A stretch of DNA of 64,000 bases from an uncultured Gemmatimonadales bacterium (GCA_963850905.1 CAWKMU010000003.1:2304001-2368000), one strand, 5' to 3'; counted from the first letter of the stretch, positions 34,266 to 43,943 are shown. Notes: generated from the sequence alone by a model not told the origin. A program made the numbers and translations.

Positions 34266-34380
34266 CGAGGGTCAGCGGTCAGGGACAACTCGAGGGTCAG
34301 CGGTCAGGGACAAATGGTAAGCCGGCCGTGCGCACCCTGGCTGGCCTTGGACCGGTAGGGGCGACGCATTGCGTCGCCCG
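34266..34380 (+). repeat. 23-bp direct repeat pair (34266-34288, 34291-34313) followed by a REP family B copy (34343-34380)
   Basis: CGAGGGTCAGCGGTCAGGGACAA twice; GGCCTTGGACCGGTAGGGGCGACGCATTGCGTCGCCCG identical to 38132-38169. Confidence 0.8.
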
Positions 34381-34444
34381 CTGTTGTCGGTCGGGTTGGG
34401 ATCCGGACAGGCCGGGGCGGATAACTAATGATGGAGGTCAGACG

Positions 34445-34894
34445 GTGGCTGATCTGAGCACGGCGGCATCCAACCGGATGCGGATGACGGTCGGTGACAT
34501 CGTGTTGTGGGGAACGCTGGAGGAGCAACTCGCGCCAGCGACCTGCGCGGCATTTCGTAGGCTGCTCCCGTTGACGGCCACGGTGCTGCACGTCCAATGG
34601 AGTGGCGAGTCCACGTGGGTCCCACTCGGCGACCTCTCACTGGGGATCGGGCCGGAGAATGCGATACACCAGCCGACCCCCGGGCAGATCCTGCTCTATC
34701 CGGGAGGGGTGAGCGAAACCGAAATCCTCATCCCTTACGGTCAGACGGCATTCGCCGCGAAAACCGGTGCGTTGTCGGGCAACCACTTCCTGACAATCGC
34801 TGGCGACCGGAGTGCATTGGCCGAGATCGGCCGCCGTGCACTGTGGGAAGGCGCGCAAAAGGTGACGTTCGCGCTGGAGAATCCGAACGGCTGA
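34445..34894 (+). CDS. DUF3830 family cyclophilin-like protein
   Basis: APATCAAF, HVQWSGE, ENA...PGQILLYPGGVSETEILIPYG, GNHFLTI; GGAGG RBS. Confidence 0.85.
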   Translation: MADLSTAASNRMRMTVGDIVLWGTLEEQLAPATCAAFRRLLPLTATVLHVQWSGESTWVPLGDLSLGIGPENAIHQPTPGQILLYPGGVSETEILIPYGQTAFAAKTGALSGNHFLTIAGDRSALAEIGRRALWEGAQKVTFALENPNG

Positions 34895-35193
34895 CGGCCG
34901 GATTCGGACTCGGGATTCGGGGATTTCCTCGCTCCCCGTTGCGGTGGAATTGGTTGCGCCTGTTGACCGCCGACGTTGGTCAAATCGGTCGGCGCTTCAC
35001 GCCACCGCTGATCCCAACCCCTGCTTCTGCATGAGCTTGTCACATCGACGCCATGCCAAGGCCAAACTGACCGACGGGATGCACGTTGTGGCAGTATGTG
35101 ACCTTTCTACTGGCGTTTCGGTCAGGATGTCCGAGAGGCATCAACAACGACTGCCTCGACATTCTATGTGCAGCTCGGCGGCGGAGGGGCGAG

Positions 35194-36696
35194 ATGAGCG
35201 CTCCAACAAAGCGACGGACAACGCGGATAGCGGGAGACGGCGGGCCGGCGGCGCGCGCGCGCGTAAGCGGCGCCGTGCCACTCAGCTCATCGCCCGCATG
35301 GGCGCAGTTGGGCGACGACCTCATCAATAGAACGGATCTGGACCGAGCAGGAGCGGAGCGGGTGCTTCGCGTGGTCGAGAATGCGCTCGGCGGACTCGAG
35401 CGCGAGCTCGAGGTGCGGGCCCAGCAGATCGTCGAGCAACGTCACTTCATTGAACAGGTGGTGGATGCACTCCCCGTCGGCTTGTATGTCGTCGACCGGG
35501 AGTATCGCGTCCAGGCCTGGAACCACACGCGCGAAACTGGCTTGCAAGGCATCGCGCGCGGTGAGGCGTTGGGACGCACGATCTTCGAGATCTTGCACCA
35601 CCAGCCGGCGGAATCGCTGCGCCGAGAGTTCGACCACGTCTTCGCGACCGGCGAGCTCAGTCAATTCGAAACGGAGTCGCGGGCGTCGTCAAAGGGAAGC
35701 GGCCCACCGCGAACCTACCGCATCTCCAAGATCCCGCTGCGTCTGAACGGTGACGAGGTCACGCACGTGATCACGGTGGGTGAAGAGGTCACGTCGTGGA
35801 AGGAAGCCGAGAAGCGGGTGGCGCAGACCGAGAAGCTCGCTGCCATCGGCCAGCTCGCCGCGGGCGTCATGCACGAAATCAACAATCCGTTGGCGACGGT
35901 TGCCGCCTGCGCTGAGAGTATGACGCTGGGTCTCGAGTCGGCGAATGGGATGACTGACGCGTCGGCTGCACCTGCGGCCGGAGGATCCGTCGGACAATAT
36001 CTCGAGTATCTCCGAGTGATCGATGCCGAGGTGCGGCGCTGCAAAGGCATCGCCGATGCGCTGTTGAATTTCAGTCGCACTGGGGCTCGTGAGCGCTCGC
36101 CGGTCGATCTCAATGGCGTGGTGGAGCAGACGCTGTTCCTGCTGAAGCACCACCGTCGGTTTCATCGCAGGGTGGTGCACCTCGAGCTCGAGCGGAACGC
36201 TGCAGCGCTTGTCAGCGGAAACGCGGAGCAACTGGTGCAGGTCTTCATGGCGCTGCTTCACAACGCAGCGGACGCGGTCGACGGACATACTGGCGCTGAT
36301 GGCGGCGAGTCGCACGGCAGTCGCACGCCCGCCGCGCCGCGCAGGCGTGCGACTGATCGCCCGCAGGGCGCGCGACGCGGTGACGGCCGCATCACGGTGC
36401 GGACCCGTTGCAACAATGGCTGCGTCGTCGCCGAAGTCCGCGACGGCGGCATGGGCATTCCACGGTCGCTCCAGTCCAAGATCTTCGAGCCGTTCTTCAC
36501 GACCAAGCCGACGGGTCAGGGCACTGGCCTCGGGCTGTCGGTCTGCTATGGCATCGTCGCCGATCACGGGGGCCGATTGGAAGTCGAGAGTGAGGCAGGG
36601 AGCGGCAGCACATTTCGAATCGTGCTTCCCAGTGCGGATGCGGAACCGATCCGGGGAGCTGGTGGCGCGCAGAACCTCGAGGGGGCCGAGGCATGA
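35194..36696 (+). CDS. Cytoplasmic PAS sensor histidine kinase (NtrB-like)
   Basis: EKLAAIGQLAAGVMHEINNPL, KIFEPFFTTK, GTGLGL. Confidence 0.92.
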   Translation: MSAPTKRRTTRIAGDGGPAARARVSGAVPLSSSPAWAQLGDDLINRTDLDRAGAERVLRVVENALGGLERELEVRAQQIVEQRHFIEQVVDALPVGLYVVDREYRVQAWNHTRETGLQGIARGEALGRTIFEILHHQPAESLRREFDHVFATGELSQFETESRASSKGSGPPRTYRISKIPLRLNGDEVTHVITVGEEVTSWKEAEKRVAQTEKLAAIGQLAAGVMHEINNPLATVAACAESMTLGLESANGMTDASAAPAAGGSVGQYLEYLRVIDAEVRRCKGIADALLNFSRTGARERSPVDLNGVVEQTLFLLKHHRRFHRRVVHLELERNAAALVSGNAEQLVQVFMALLHNAADAVDGHTGADGGESHGSRTPAAPRRRATDRPQGARRGDGRITVRTRCNNGCVVAEVRDGGMGIPRSLQSKIFEPFFTTKPTGQGTGLGLSVCYGIVADHGGRLEVESEAGSGSTFRIVLPSADAEPIRGAGGAQNLEGAEA

Positions 36697-38060
36697 AAGA
36701 GCAATTGCGCATCAAGGTATTGATCGCCGAGGACGAGGAGATGCTGGGGAACGTGCTCGAGCAGTTCCTGACCAGCCGGGGTCACGAGGTCACGGTGGTC
36801 CGCGACGGCCGGGCTGCGCTCGAAGCGCTCCGACGCGAGGCGTTCGACGTGGCGCTGCTCGATATCGTCATGCCCGAGCTGGATGGGCTCGAGGTGCTGC
36901 GACAGGTGATCGACGAGCCATCGCCACCGCAGGTGATCATCATCACCGGCAACGGGACGATCGAGACGGCGATTTCGGCGATCCGGCTGGGCGCCTACGA
37001 CTACCTCTCCAAGCCGTACCGGATGGCGGAGATCGATGTGCTCGTGCGCCGCGCCTGGGAGAAGCGCCAACTCGCGCGCCAGAACGCGCTGCTGCAGACG
37101 CATCTCGAGCGGGCCAACGGCGCGCCCGACGTGCTGACCCGCTACGGGCCAATGCAGGCCGTGCTCGCGCTCGTAGAGCGCGTTGCGAAGAGCGACTCCC
37201 CGGTCTTGATCAGCGGTGAGCCAGGGACAGGCAAGGAGATCATCGCCCGTCTGCTGCACCGACTCTCCGGCCGGGCCGAGGCGGGGGGCGGGATGGTCGA
37301 TGTCGACTGCGCCGCACTGGGCGATGCACAGATCGAAAGCGAGCTCTTTGGACATGAAAAGGGCGCGTTCCCGGGCGTCTTGAAACGCAAGACAGGTGCG
37401 CTGGAACTCGCCAGCAGCGGCACGCTGTTTCTCGATGAGGTTGGGGCGCTCGACATCCGCGTGCAAGGCAAACTACTGCGGGCACTCGAGACTGGGAGCT
37501 ACGTGCGGTTGGGGGGCAACCATAAGTTGTCGATCGACACCCGAGTGGTCGCGGCCACCAAAGCCGATCTCGCGGCGGCCGTGGCCGCCCGCTCGTTCCG
37601 CAGTGACCTGTACTATCGAATCAACACGATCAGCATCTCGCTCCCCCCGCTGCGCGAACGCGTGGTCGACATTCCGATGTTGACGGAGCACTTCCTCAAG
37701 CACTTCGGCGGCTCAAATCCGCCGACGCTGACCGCCGACGCCTCCGCCGCGCTCGAGAGCTACACGTGGCCCGGCAACGTCCGCGAGCTGCGCAATGTGA
37801 TCGAGCGAGCCGTACTCTTGGCCTCTGGTGGCGTGATCACACGCAACGATCTGCCGATCATGCCCGGCGGCTCGACGCCTTTCGGCGGCGACAGCGACGG
37901 TCACCAGCTCACACTCTCCGACCTGGAACGCCGTCACATCGAAGCGGTGCTGCTGCGCGCGAATTGGCACCAGGGCCGTGCCGCGACACAGCTGGGGATA
38001 TCGAGCAAGACGCTGTATAGGAAGATCAGGGAATACGGGTTTGTGAGGCCCAGGGGGTGA
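36693..38060 (+). CDS. NtrC-family response regulator (REC-AAA+-Fis HTH) with atypical GAFPGV loop
   Basis: LLDIVMP, GEPGTGKE, ESELFGHEKGAFPGV, LFLDEVG, FRSDLYYR, WPGNVREL, LGISSKTLYRK. Confidence 0.93.
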   Translation: MKEQLRIKVLIAEDEEMLGNVLEQFLTSRGHEVTVVRDGRAALEALRREAFDVALLDIVMPELDGLEVLRQVIDEPSPPQVIIITGNGTIETAISAIRLGAYDYLSKPYRMAEIDVLVRRAWEKRQLARQNALLQTHLERANGAPDVLTRYGPMQAVLALVERVAKSDSPVLISGEPGTGKEIIARLLHRLSGRAEAGGGMVDVDCAALGDAQIESELFGHEKGAFPGVLKRKTGALELASSGTLFLDEVGALDIRVQGKLLRALETGSYVRLGGNHKLSIDTRVVAATKADLAAAVAARSFRSDLYYRINTISISLPPLRERVVDIPMLTEHFLKHFGGSNPPTLTADASAALESYTWPGNVRELRNVIERAVLLASGGVITRNDLPIMPGGSTPFGGDSDGHQLTLSDLERRHIEAVLLRANWHQGRAATQLGISSKTLYRKIREYGFVRPRG

Positions 38061-38215
38061 CGGCGGGCCTGGGGTCTAGGGTTTGGGGTAACTAGGCAAA
38101 ACGCGCGGGCCGATCACTGCGCACGGTGACCGGCCTTGGACCGGTAGGGGCGACGCATTGCGTCGCCCGTCGTTGTGGTCGCGGTTGCGGTTACCCAAAC
38201 CCCAAACCCGCCGTT
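38060..38215. repeat. Composite palindromic element: G-rich heptamer arms enclosing a REP family B copy (38132-38169), between convergent genes
   Basis: ACGGCGGGCCTGGGGTCTAGGGTTTGGGGTAAC ... GTTACCCAAACCCCAAACCCGCCGT inverted arms. Confidence 0.75.
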
Positions 38216-38883
38216 CAGGCCTTTACAACGTACCCGACGCCGCGCACGGTGGTGATGAGTTTCTTGTCGTGCCCCGCATCCACCTTCTTGCGCAGATGAT
38301 TGATCACCACATCGACGATGTTGGTGCCGGGGTCGAAGTGATAGCCCCACGCGTACTCCGTGATCAGGGTTCGGCTCATCACTTTGCCAGGGTGGCGCAT
38401 CAGGTACTCGAGGACGGAGTACTCCTTGGGCGTGAGATCAATTAGTTCATCCCCGCGGCGTACCTCGCGGGTGTCCTGCTGCAGGCTCAAATCGCCGATT
38501 CGGAGCAGGGGCGTAGCCAGGGCACGCGGGCGGCGGGACAGCGCTTCGACCCGGGCGAGGAGCTCCTCGAAGGCGAACGGCTTGGTCACGTAGTCGTCGG
38601 CGCCCGCGCGCAGCGTCTGCACTTTGGCATCGACTGCGTCCTGTGCCGTGAGGACCAGCACCGGACGCTCGAAGCCGCGGGCGCGCAGGGTATGGAGTAC
38701 CTGCAGGCCGGGCTTCCCCGGCAATCGCATGTCCAGGATGATCAGATCGTACGCGTCGGAGGCGGCGAGCCGCTCGCCCTCCTCGCCGTCGGCGACGAGA
38801 TCCACGCCCCAGCGCTGTTCTTCGAGGCCGCGCTTGACGAACTGCCCGACCGTCGGATCGTCTTCGATGACGAGGACTTTCAT
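38215..38883 (-). CDS. OmpR-family response regulator (CusR/CzcR-like)
   Basis: MKVLVIEDD, LDMRLP, GADDYVTKPF, LTPKEY, NIVDVVINHLRKKVD, TVRGVGY. Confidence 0.93.
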   Translation of the reverse strand: MKVLVIEDDPTVGQFVKRGLEEQRWGVDLVADGEEGERLAASDAYDLIILDMRLPGKPGLQVLHTLRARGFERPVLVLTAQDAVDAKVQTLRAGADDYVTKPFAFEELLARVEALSRRPRALATPLLRIGDLSLQQDTREVRRGDELIDLTPKEYSVLEYLMRHPGKVMSRTLITEYAWGYHFDPGTNIVDVVINHLRKKVDAGHDKKLITTVRGVGYVVKA

Positions 38884-38922
38884 GAATGGTCCAAATCTAG
38901 TGGCCCGCACTAGCTTTCCCCT
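38884..38922. promoter_or_regulatory. 39-bp divergent promoter region with inverted -10 boxes
   Basis: CTAGTG-N5-CACTAG palindrome; TAGCTT 6 nt before the kinase ATG; TAGATT on the minus strand 10 nt before the regulator ATG; no Shine-Dalgarno. Confidence 0.55.
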
Positions 38923-40461
38923 ATGGCCAGCATACGCGCTCAGTTAGCGATGGCGTACGCGGTGATCCTCGTGGCAACAGTGGCGGTCGTGGGTGGCTTG
39001 GTCTACGACATCGCGAACGAGAATCATCGAGAAGAAGCTGCGCGAGACCTGGACATGCGGGCACGGGCCAACGTCGATCTCGCGGCCAGCGCGATTTCGG
39101 ATGCCGTAGGTAGCGGGGGGACTCTGTTGACCAAGACAACAGAGGCACGGCGCTCGACGACTGCGGATGTGTACCAGCCAACCATTTACGTCGCGGGCCC
39201 AGAGCTGAGTAGGCTGCTCGACCGTGTGCCCGACTACGTCCTTCTCTTGGATCCGACTGGACACACGTTGTACACGTCTTTCGTCCGGCAAATCAGTTTC
39301 GAGGATGCGCTCGAGTTGGCGCAGGTGGCAATGAAACTCCCGCTGGATTCTGCGCTGCATCCTGTGCAGGTGGCCGGCAAACGATACATGCTGTCACTGA
39401 GCGTGCCGCCGCTCACGCAAACGGGTATCGGCCGCGTCGTCGCGGGCGTGGAGGCGGCACCCGGCGAAGCCGCCTCGCAAGCCGTGCTGACCATTGATCT
39501 CGTGCTCCTGCCCGTAGTCATCGCACTGTCGCTGTGGGCGGCCTACGCCGTGTCTGGCCGCGCATTCCGGCCCATCGACGTCATCATGAATGAAGTCGAA
39601 GCGATCACCGACGGTCGCAGCCTGCATCGACGCCTGGTCGTCGATGGCGCCGGCGATGAAATGCGACGGTTGAGCGAGACATTGAACCAGATGATTGCGC
39701 GGCTCGAGTCATCCTTCAGCGGACTCCGGCGATTCACGGCCGATGCGAGCCACGAGCTCAAGACGCCGCTCACGGTACTGCGTGCGGACGTCGAGCGTGC
39801 ACTCACGACGCCATCACACTCGACCGATCAACTCGTCGCGCTCGAGGAGGCACTGCAGGAGACGCGTCGGATGTCGGACCTGGTGGATTCGCTGCTCACG
39901 CTCGCACGAGCCGATGAAGGTCGGTACGACATGATTCAAGAGCCGGTCGCCCTCGACCCGGTCGTGCACGAAGTCTTCGAGTCTGCACTCATCCTGGGAG
40001 AGGACGCCGATCTCGCCGTGTCGCTGCTGGTCCTGGAGCCGACGACGGTTCTCGGTGATCCCGCGCGCCTGCGGCAGCTCTTCATGAACCTCGTGATGAA
40101 TGCCATCAAGTACACGCCTCGTGGTGGCCGCGTCGAGCTCTCGCTGAGTCATCGGTTGGATGGCGTCACTTTCTCGGTGCGCGATACGGGTATCGGCATC
40201 GCGCCGTCGGACCTGCCGCATATCTTCGAGCGATTCTGGCGGGCCGACCGGGTGCGCTCTCGCTCGTCGGAGCGCGGCGGCTTCGGGCTCGGGTTGGCGA
40301 TCAGCCAGTGGATCGCACAAGCTCATGGTGGATCGATAGTTGCGACGTCACGTCTTGGGCGTGGCAGCATGTTTACCGTCCACCTCCCGACTGCGGCCGC
40401 CGAGGCAAACGCCCACGCCGAGGCCCCGGCGCCAGCGGCCCCGACCGCAGTCCCGATTTAA
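38923..40461 (+). CDS. HAMP-domain sensor histidine kinase (CusS-like)
   Basis: Two TM segments, HAMP, FTADASHELKTPL, HIFERFWRAD, GFGLGL. Confidence 0.92.
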   Translation: MASIRAQLAMAYAVILVATVAVVGGLVYDIANENHREEAARDLDMRARANVDLAASAISDAVGSGGTLLTKTTEARRSTTADVYQPTIYVAGPELSRLLDRVPDYVLLLDPTGHTLYTSFVRQISFEDALELAQVAMKLPLDSALHPVQVAGKRYMLSLSVPPLTQTGIGRVVAGVEAAPGEAASQAVLTIDLVLLPVVIALSLWAAYAVSGRAFRPIDVIMNEVEAITDGRSLHRRLVVDGAGDEMRRLSETLNQMIARLESSFSGLRRFTADASHELKTPLTVLRADVERALTTPSHSTDQLVALEEALQETRRMSDLVDSLLTLARADEGRYDMIQEPVALDPVVHEVFESALILGEDADLAVSLLVLEPTTVLGDPARLRQLFMNLVMNAIKYTPRGGRVELSLSHRLDGVTFSVRDTGIGIAPSDLPHIFERFWRADRVRSRSSERGGFGLGLAISQWIAQAHGGSIVATSRLGRGSMFTVHLPTAAAEANAHAEAPAPAAPTAVPI

Positions 40462-40613
40462 GCAATTCTTAATCTTCCAGCAATTCCGGGTAAATAACCG
40501 GCCAATAATTTCTCTCTCGACATGACGGCCGAGTTTGCGCGACATGCGTGGGTCGGCCGTCGTGCAGTCGTGCAGGAGTCATTGGCGTAGACTACCTGGA
40601 TTTCGGGAGTGCC

Positions 40614-41303
40614 ATGTTTAACACCCTGTTGGAGTCGAAGGCGTCAAGGCATCGGAGCACCAGCGGGACGGTGTTCAGTGTCATCGCGCACGTGGTAATC
40701 ATCACGGGCGCGGTGTACGCCACTGCCCACGCCGGGATCAAGAACCAGAAGGAGAAGGTCGAGAAGCTCAACTTCGTGCAGGTGAAGAAGGCTCCGGAAC
40801 CGCCCAAGCCGAAGCCGCAGGAGCAGCTCGTTGCACCGCCGCCGCCCAAGGGCTTCCAGACTCTCGCGGCGCCCGTCAACATCCCCGACGTCATTCCGAG
40901 CGTCGACCTCACGAAGAAGGTCACGGACGAGGCCGACTTTTCAGGAAAGGGCGTGCAGGGCGGCAACGCCAACGGCAAGGCGGGTGGCGTTCAGACGGAC
41001 CAGCCGTACTTCGACTTCCAGGTCGAGAAGCAGGCTGCGCCGTATCCAGGCAGCCCCTCGCCGCGCTACCCGGACATGCTGCAGACCGCCGGTATCGCGG
41101 GCGAGGTGATCGCCCAGTTCGTCATCGACACGTCCGGGCACGTCGAGATGAACACCTTCAAGGTGATCAAGTCGGACAATGACCTCTTTACCGAGGCCGT
41201 CAAGGCGGTGCTCCCGAAGAAGCGCTACTACCCGGCCGAGGTCGGAGGGCGCCACGTGAAGGAGCTCGTAGAAGAGCCGTACGTCTTCAACATGAAGAGC
41301 TAG
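40614..41303 (+). CDS. Energy transducer TonB family protein
   Basis: N-terminal TM with SxxxH (SVIAH), Pro-rich linker, PRYP...GEVIAQFVIDTSG C-terminal domain. Confidence 0.85.
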   Translation: MFNTLLESKASRHRSTSGTVFSVIAHVVIITGAVYATAHAGIKNQKEKVEKLNFVQVKKAPEPPKPKPQEQLVAPPPPKGFQTLAAPVNIPDVIPSVDLTKKVTDEADFSGKGVQGGNANGKAGGVQTDQPYFDFQVEKQAAPYPGSPSPRYPDMLQTAGIAGEVIAQFVIDTSGHVEMNTFKVIKSDNDLFTEAVKAVLPKKRYYPAEVGGRHVKELVEEPYVFNMKS

Positions 41304-41407
41304 CCCTCAACTCCCATGGGTGGGTCGCTGGGCGTGCGCCAGCGTCCGGCCCGCACGCCATTCTCCGTCCCCCGCACGATTTCCGTCACCGTCAGAGGTT
41401 TCAACAT

Positions 41408-42148
41408 ATGAATGTCTCGCTGACCGATCTCTTCGCCTCGATGGGCTGGTTCGCCAAGGGCATCGTCGCTGTGCTCATGATCATGTCGATCTTCTCGCTG
41501 ACGATCATGATCCAGAAGTGGTGGAACCTGCTGCAGGCGCAGAAGCAGACGCGCAAGTTCGCGCCCGAGTTCTCGCAGTTCCTGGAAGAGGACAATCTCG
41601 GCGAGGCGGTGAAGCTGGCCGAGGGCTACAAGAAGTCGCACGTCGCTCGCGTGCTCGGTGGCGCGCTCGGTGAGATCCGCCCGCTCATTCAGGATGGTTC
41701 GGTCACGGTCGCTGACATCAACTCGGCAGAGCGTGCGGTCGAGCGTGAGATGCTGATGGAGATCGTATTGCTCAAGCGCGGCCTCGGCGTGCTCGCGACG
41801 GTCGGCGCCACTGCGCCGTTCGTCGGACTGCTCGGAACGACGATGGGTATCGTCAACGCCTTCCAAGGCATGGCCGTCTCCGGTTCGGGTGGTATCGGCG
41901 CGATCTCGGCTGGTGTCGCCGAGGCGCTGATCACGACCGCCTTCGGTCTGCTCGTGGCCATTCCGGCGGTGTGGGCGTACAACTATTTCGCGACGAAGAT
42001 CGACAACCTCACGGCCGAGATGACGTATTCCTCGAAGGAGATGATCGACTATCTGATCAAGGGCGTCTCGGGTGAGTTCGGTCGTTCGCGGTTCACGCGC
42101 GAGTTCAACACCGCCGCGACCAGCGGCACCGGTCCGATCTCGCAGTAA
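41408..42148 (+). CDS. MotA/TolQ/ExbB proton channel protein
   Basis: LATVGATAPFVGLLGT, AEALITTAFGLLVAIPA. Confidence 0.93.
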   Translation: MNVSLTDLFASMGWFAKGIVAVLMIMSIFSLTIMIQKWWNLLQAQKQTRKFAPEFSQFLEEDNLGEAVKLAEGYKKSHVARVLGGALGEIRPLIQDGSVTVADINSAERAVEREMLMEIVLLKRGLGVLATVGATAPFVGLLGTTMGIVNAFQGMAVSGSGGIGAISAGVAEALITTAFGLLVAIPAVWAYNYFATKIDNLTAEMTYSSKEMIDYLIKGVSGEFGRSRFTREFNTAATSGTGPISQ

Positions 42149-42226
42149 ACGACGCCACATGCCGGCGAGCGACGTCGTGTGACGATCGCTCGCTGGTATG
42201 TTCACCGCGTGACGAGGTAACCATAG

Positions 42227-42698
42227 ATGGCCATTCAAATGTCGGGCGGCGGCGTGAAGGCCGAGCCGAACGTGACGCCAATGATCGACGTCATGCTCGT
42301 GCTGCTGATCATCTTCATGATCATCGTGCCCGCACTCAACGCTGGTTTCAAAGCACAGCCGCCTAACGGGAAAAACCTCAAGGCGCACCCCGAGGACAAC
42401 ACCGACCTGGTGTTGGGCATCGATGTGAACGGCGTGTACTACCTGAACAAAAAGCCGATCAAGAACGAAGATCTGCCGACGCTGCTCAAGTCAGATCTAT
42501 GCCACCCGCACTGAGGACAAGATCATGTACCTCAAGGCGGACAAGAACCTCGACTACGGCAAGATCGTGACGGCAATCGACATCGCATCGCACAACGGGG
42601 TGCGAGTGACCGGCATGATCACCGAGCAGACGCCAGGGACGCGGTCCATCGTCGCGGGTGACAACCCGATGGACCTCAGTAAGAAGGGAGGGTCCTAA
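42227..42698 (+). CDS. ExbD/TolR family protein 1; one indel near 42492
   Basis: EPNVTPMIDVMLVLLIIFM; continues in the shifted frame as KIMYLKADKNLDYG to TAA 42696-42698. Confidence 0.88.
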
Positions 42699-42700
42699 CC

Positions 42701-43147
42701 ATGGCAATGTCGACTGGCCAACGCGGCAGCCTCCAGAACGAACCGAACGTGACGCCGATGATCGACGTGCTGCTCGTGCTGTTGATCATCTTCATGATCA
42801 TCATCCCGTTGTCGCGAAAGGCGATCGACGTTCAGCTGCCGGACCCGACACCGCCGACCACGCCGCCGCCGAAGAACAACGACCAGATCGTGCTCGAGAT
42901 CCATCCGGGTGGCGTGATGGATATCAACAAGCAGCCCGTTACGAAGGACGGGTTGATGGCGAAGCTGCATGAAGTGTACGACCCACGGCCAGACAAGATC
43001 ATCTTCATCAAGGGTGATTCCGCCGTGAAGTTTCAGGACGTCATCCAGGCCATGGACGTCGCCCGTGGCGCCGGCGTGAAAGTGATCGGCGTTCCACCGA
43101 AGGAGGCAGAGGGCGCAGCTCCGGCGGCCGCTGCTCCGGGGCAGTAG
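42701..43147 (+). CDS. ExbD/TolR family protein 2
   Basis: EPNVTPMIDVLLVLLIIFM, FIKGD..VKFQDV...MD.A..AG. Confidence 0.92.
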   Translation: MAMSTGQRGSLQNEPNVTPMIDVLLVLLIIFMIIIPLSRKAIDVQLPDPTPPTTPPPKNNDQIVLEIHPGGVMDINKQPVTKDGLMAKLHEVYDPRPDKIIFIKGDSAVKFQDVIQAMDVARGAGVKVIGVPPKEAEGAAPAAAAPGQ

Positions 43148-43166
43148 CGCTCGGCTGGAAACGACA

Positions 43167-43943
43167 GTGCCGGCGAGCCGAAGACGCTACCGGCCGCCGG
43201 TCGGATTTCCAACTGCGGAAGAAAGGCGAGGGCGGTGGCAGGCTCCGATCATTTCGATCGTCCTCCACGCCCTCGCCTTTTTCGCGTTGCTGATCCCGAC
43301 GGTGGCATCGGTGAAGCTCATAGCCGAGCGACGACAGTGGGGACTGCACGGCCTCGTTCTCGGTGGGGGTGGGGGTGCGCAGCCGGAGCGGGTTCAATAC
43401 GTGCGGGCCGCTGTGCCGGCCCGCGCGCCAACGACGCGTCCGGTCGTGCGGCCGCCGCCCAAGCCGAATCCGCCACCCGTCATCACGCCTCCGCAACCGG
43501 TGCCGCCACCGCCAGCACCCGTGTCGCCGCCCGCCCCCGACAGCACCGCGACGGGCGCCCCCGCCGGAACTGGTACGCCGAGCGCGGGACCCGGCAGCGG
43601 CGGCGGAACCGGTGCAGGCAAAGGTCCGGGCGTCGGTAACGGCAAAGGTCCAGGCACGGGCGGCGACCCGGCCGCGCGAAAGCTGGGAGCCGTGCCGCCG
43701 GAGACCATTGTCGCGGGGCTGGATGCGCCGAAAGACGCTCGGCCGCGACACCTCGTCGCCATCTTCATCGTGACATCGACCGGCGAAGCGAAACTCGTGT
43801 CATTCACCCAGACCAACAACGGCGGGCTCAATCGGCAACTGCGCGAAGAGTTCGAGCAGATGACGCGATCGCGATGGCAGCCGGCGGCCCTCGACGGCGT
43901 TTCGGTCCCGGACACAGTTCCCTACGTCGTGCAACTGCCCTAA
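43167..43943 (+). CDS. TonB/TolA-like Pro/Gly-rich membrane-anchored protein
   Basis: SIVLH TM motif, Pro-rich and GxG-rich linker, C-terminal WQPAALDG.SV. Confidence 0.65.
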   Translation: MPASRRRYRPPVGFPTAEERRGRWQAPIISIVLHALAFFALLIPTVASVKLIAERRQWGLHGLVLGGGGGAQPERVQYVRAAVPARAPTTRPVVRPPPKPNPPPVITPPQPVPPPPAPVSPPAPDSTATGAPAGTGTPSAGPGSGGGTGAGKGPGVGNGKGPGTGGDPAARKLGAVPPETIVAGLDAPKDARPRHLVAIFIVTSTGEAKLVSFTQTNNGGLNRQLREEFEQMTRSRWQPAALDGVSVPDTVPYVVQLP

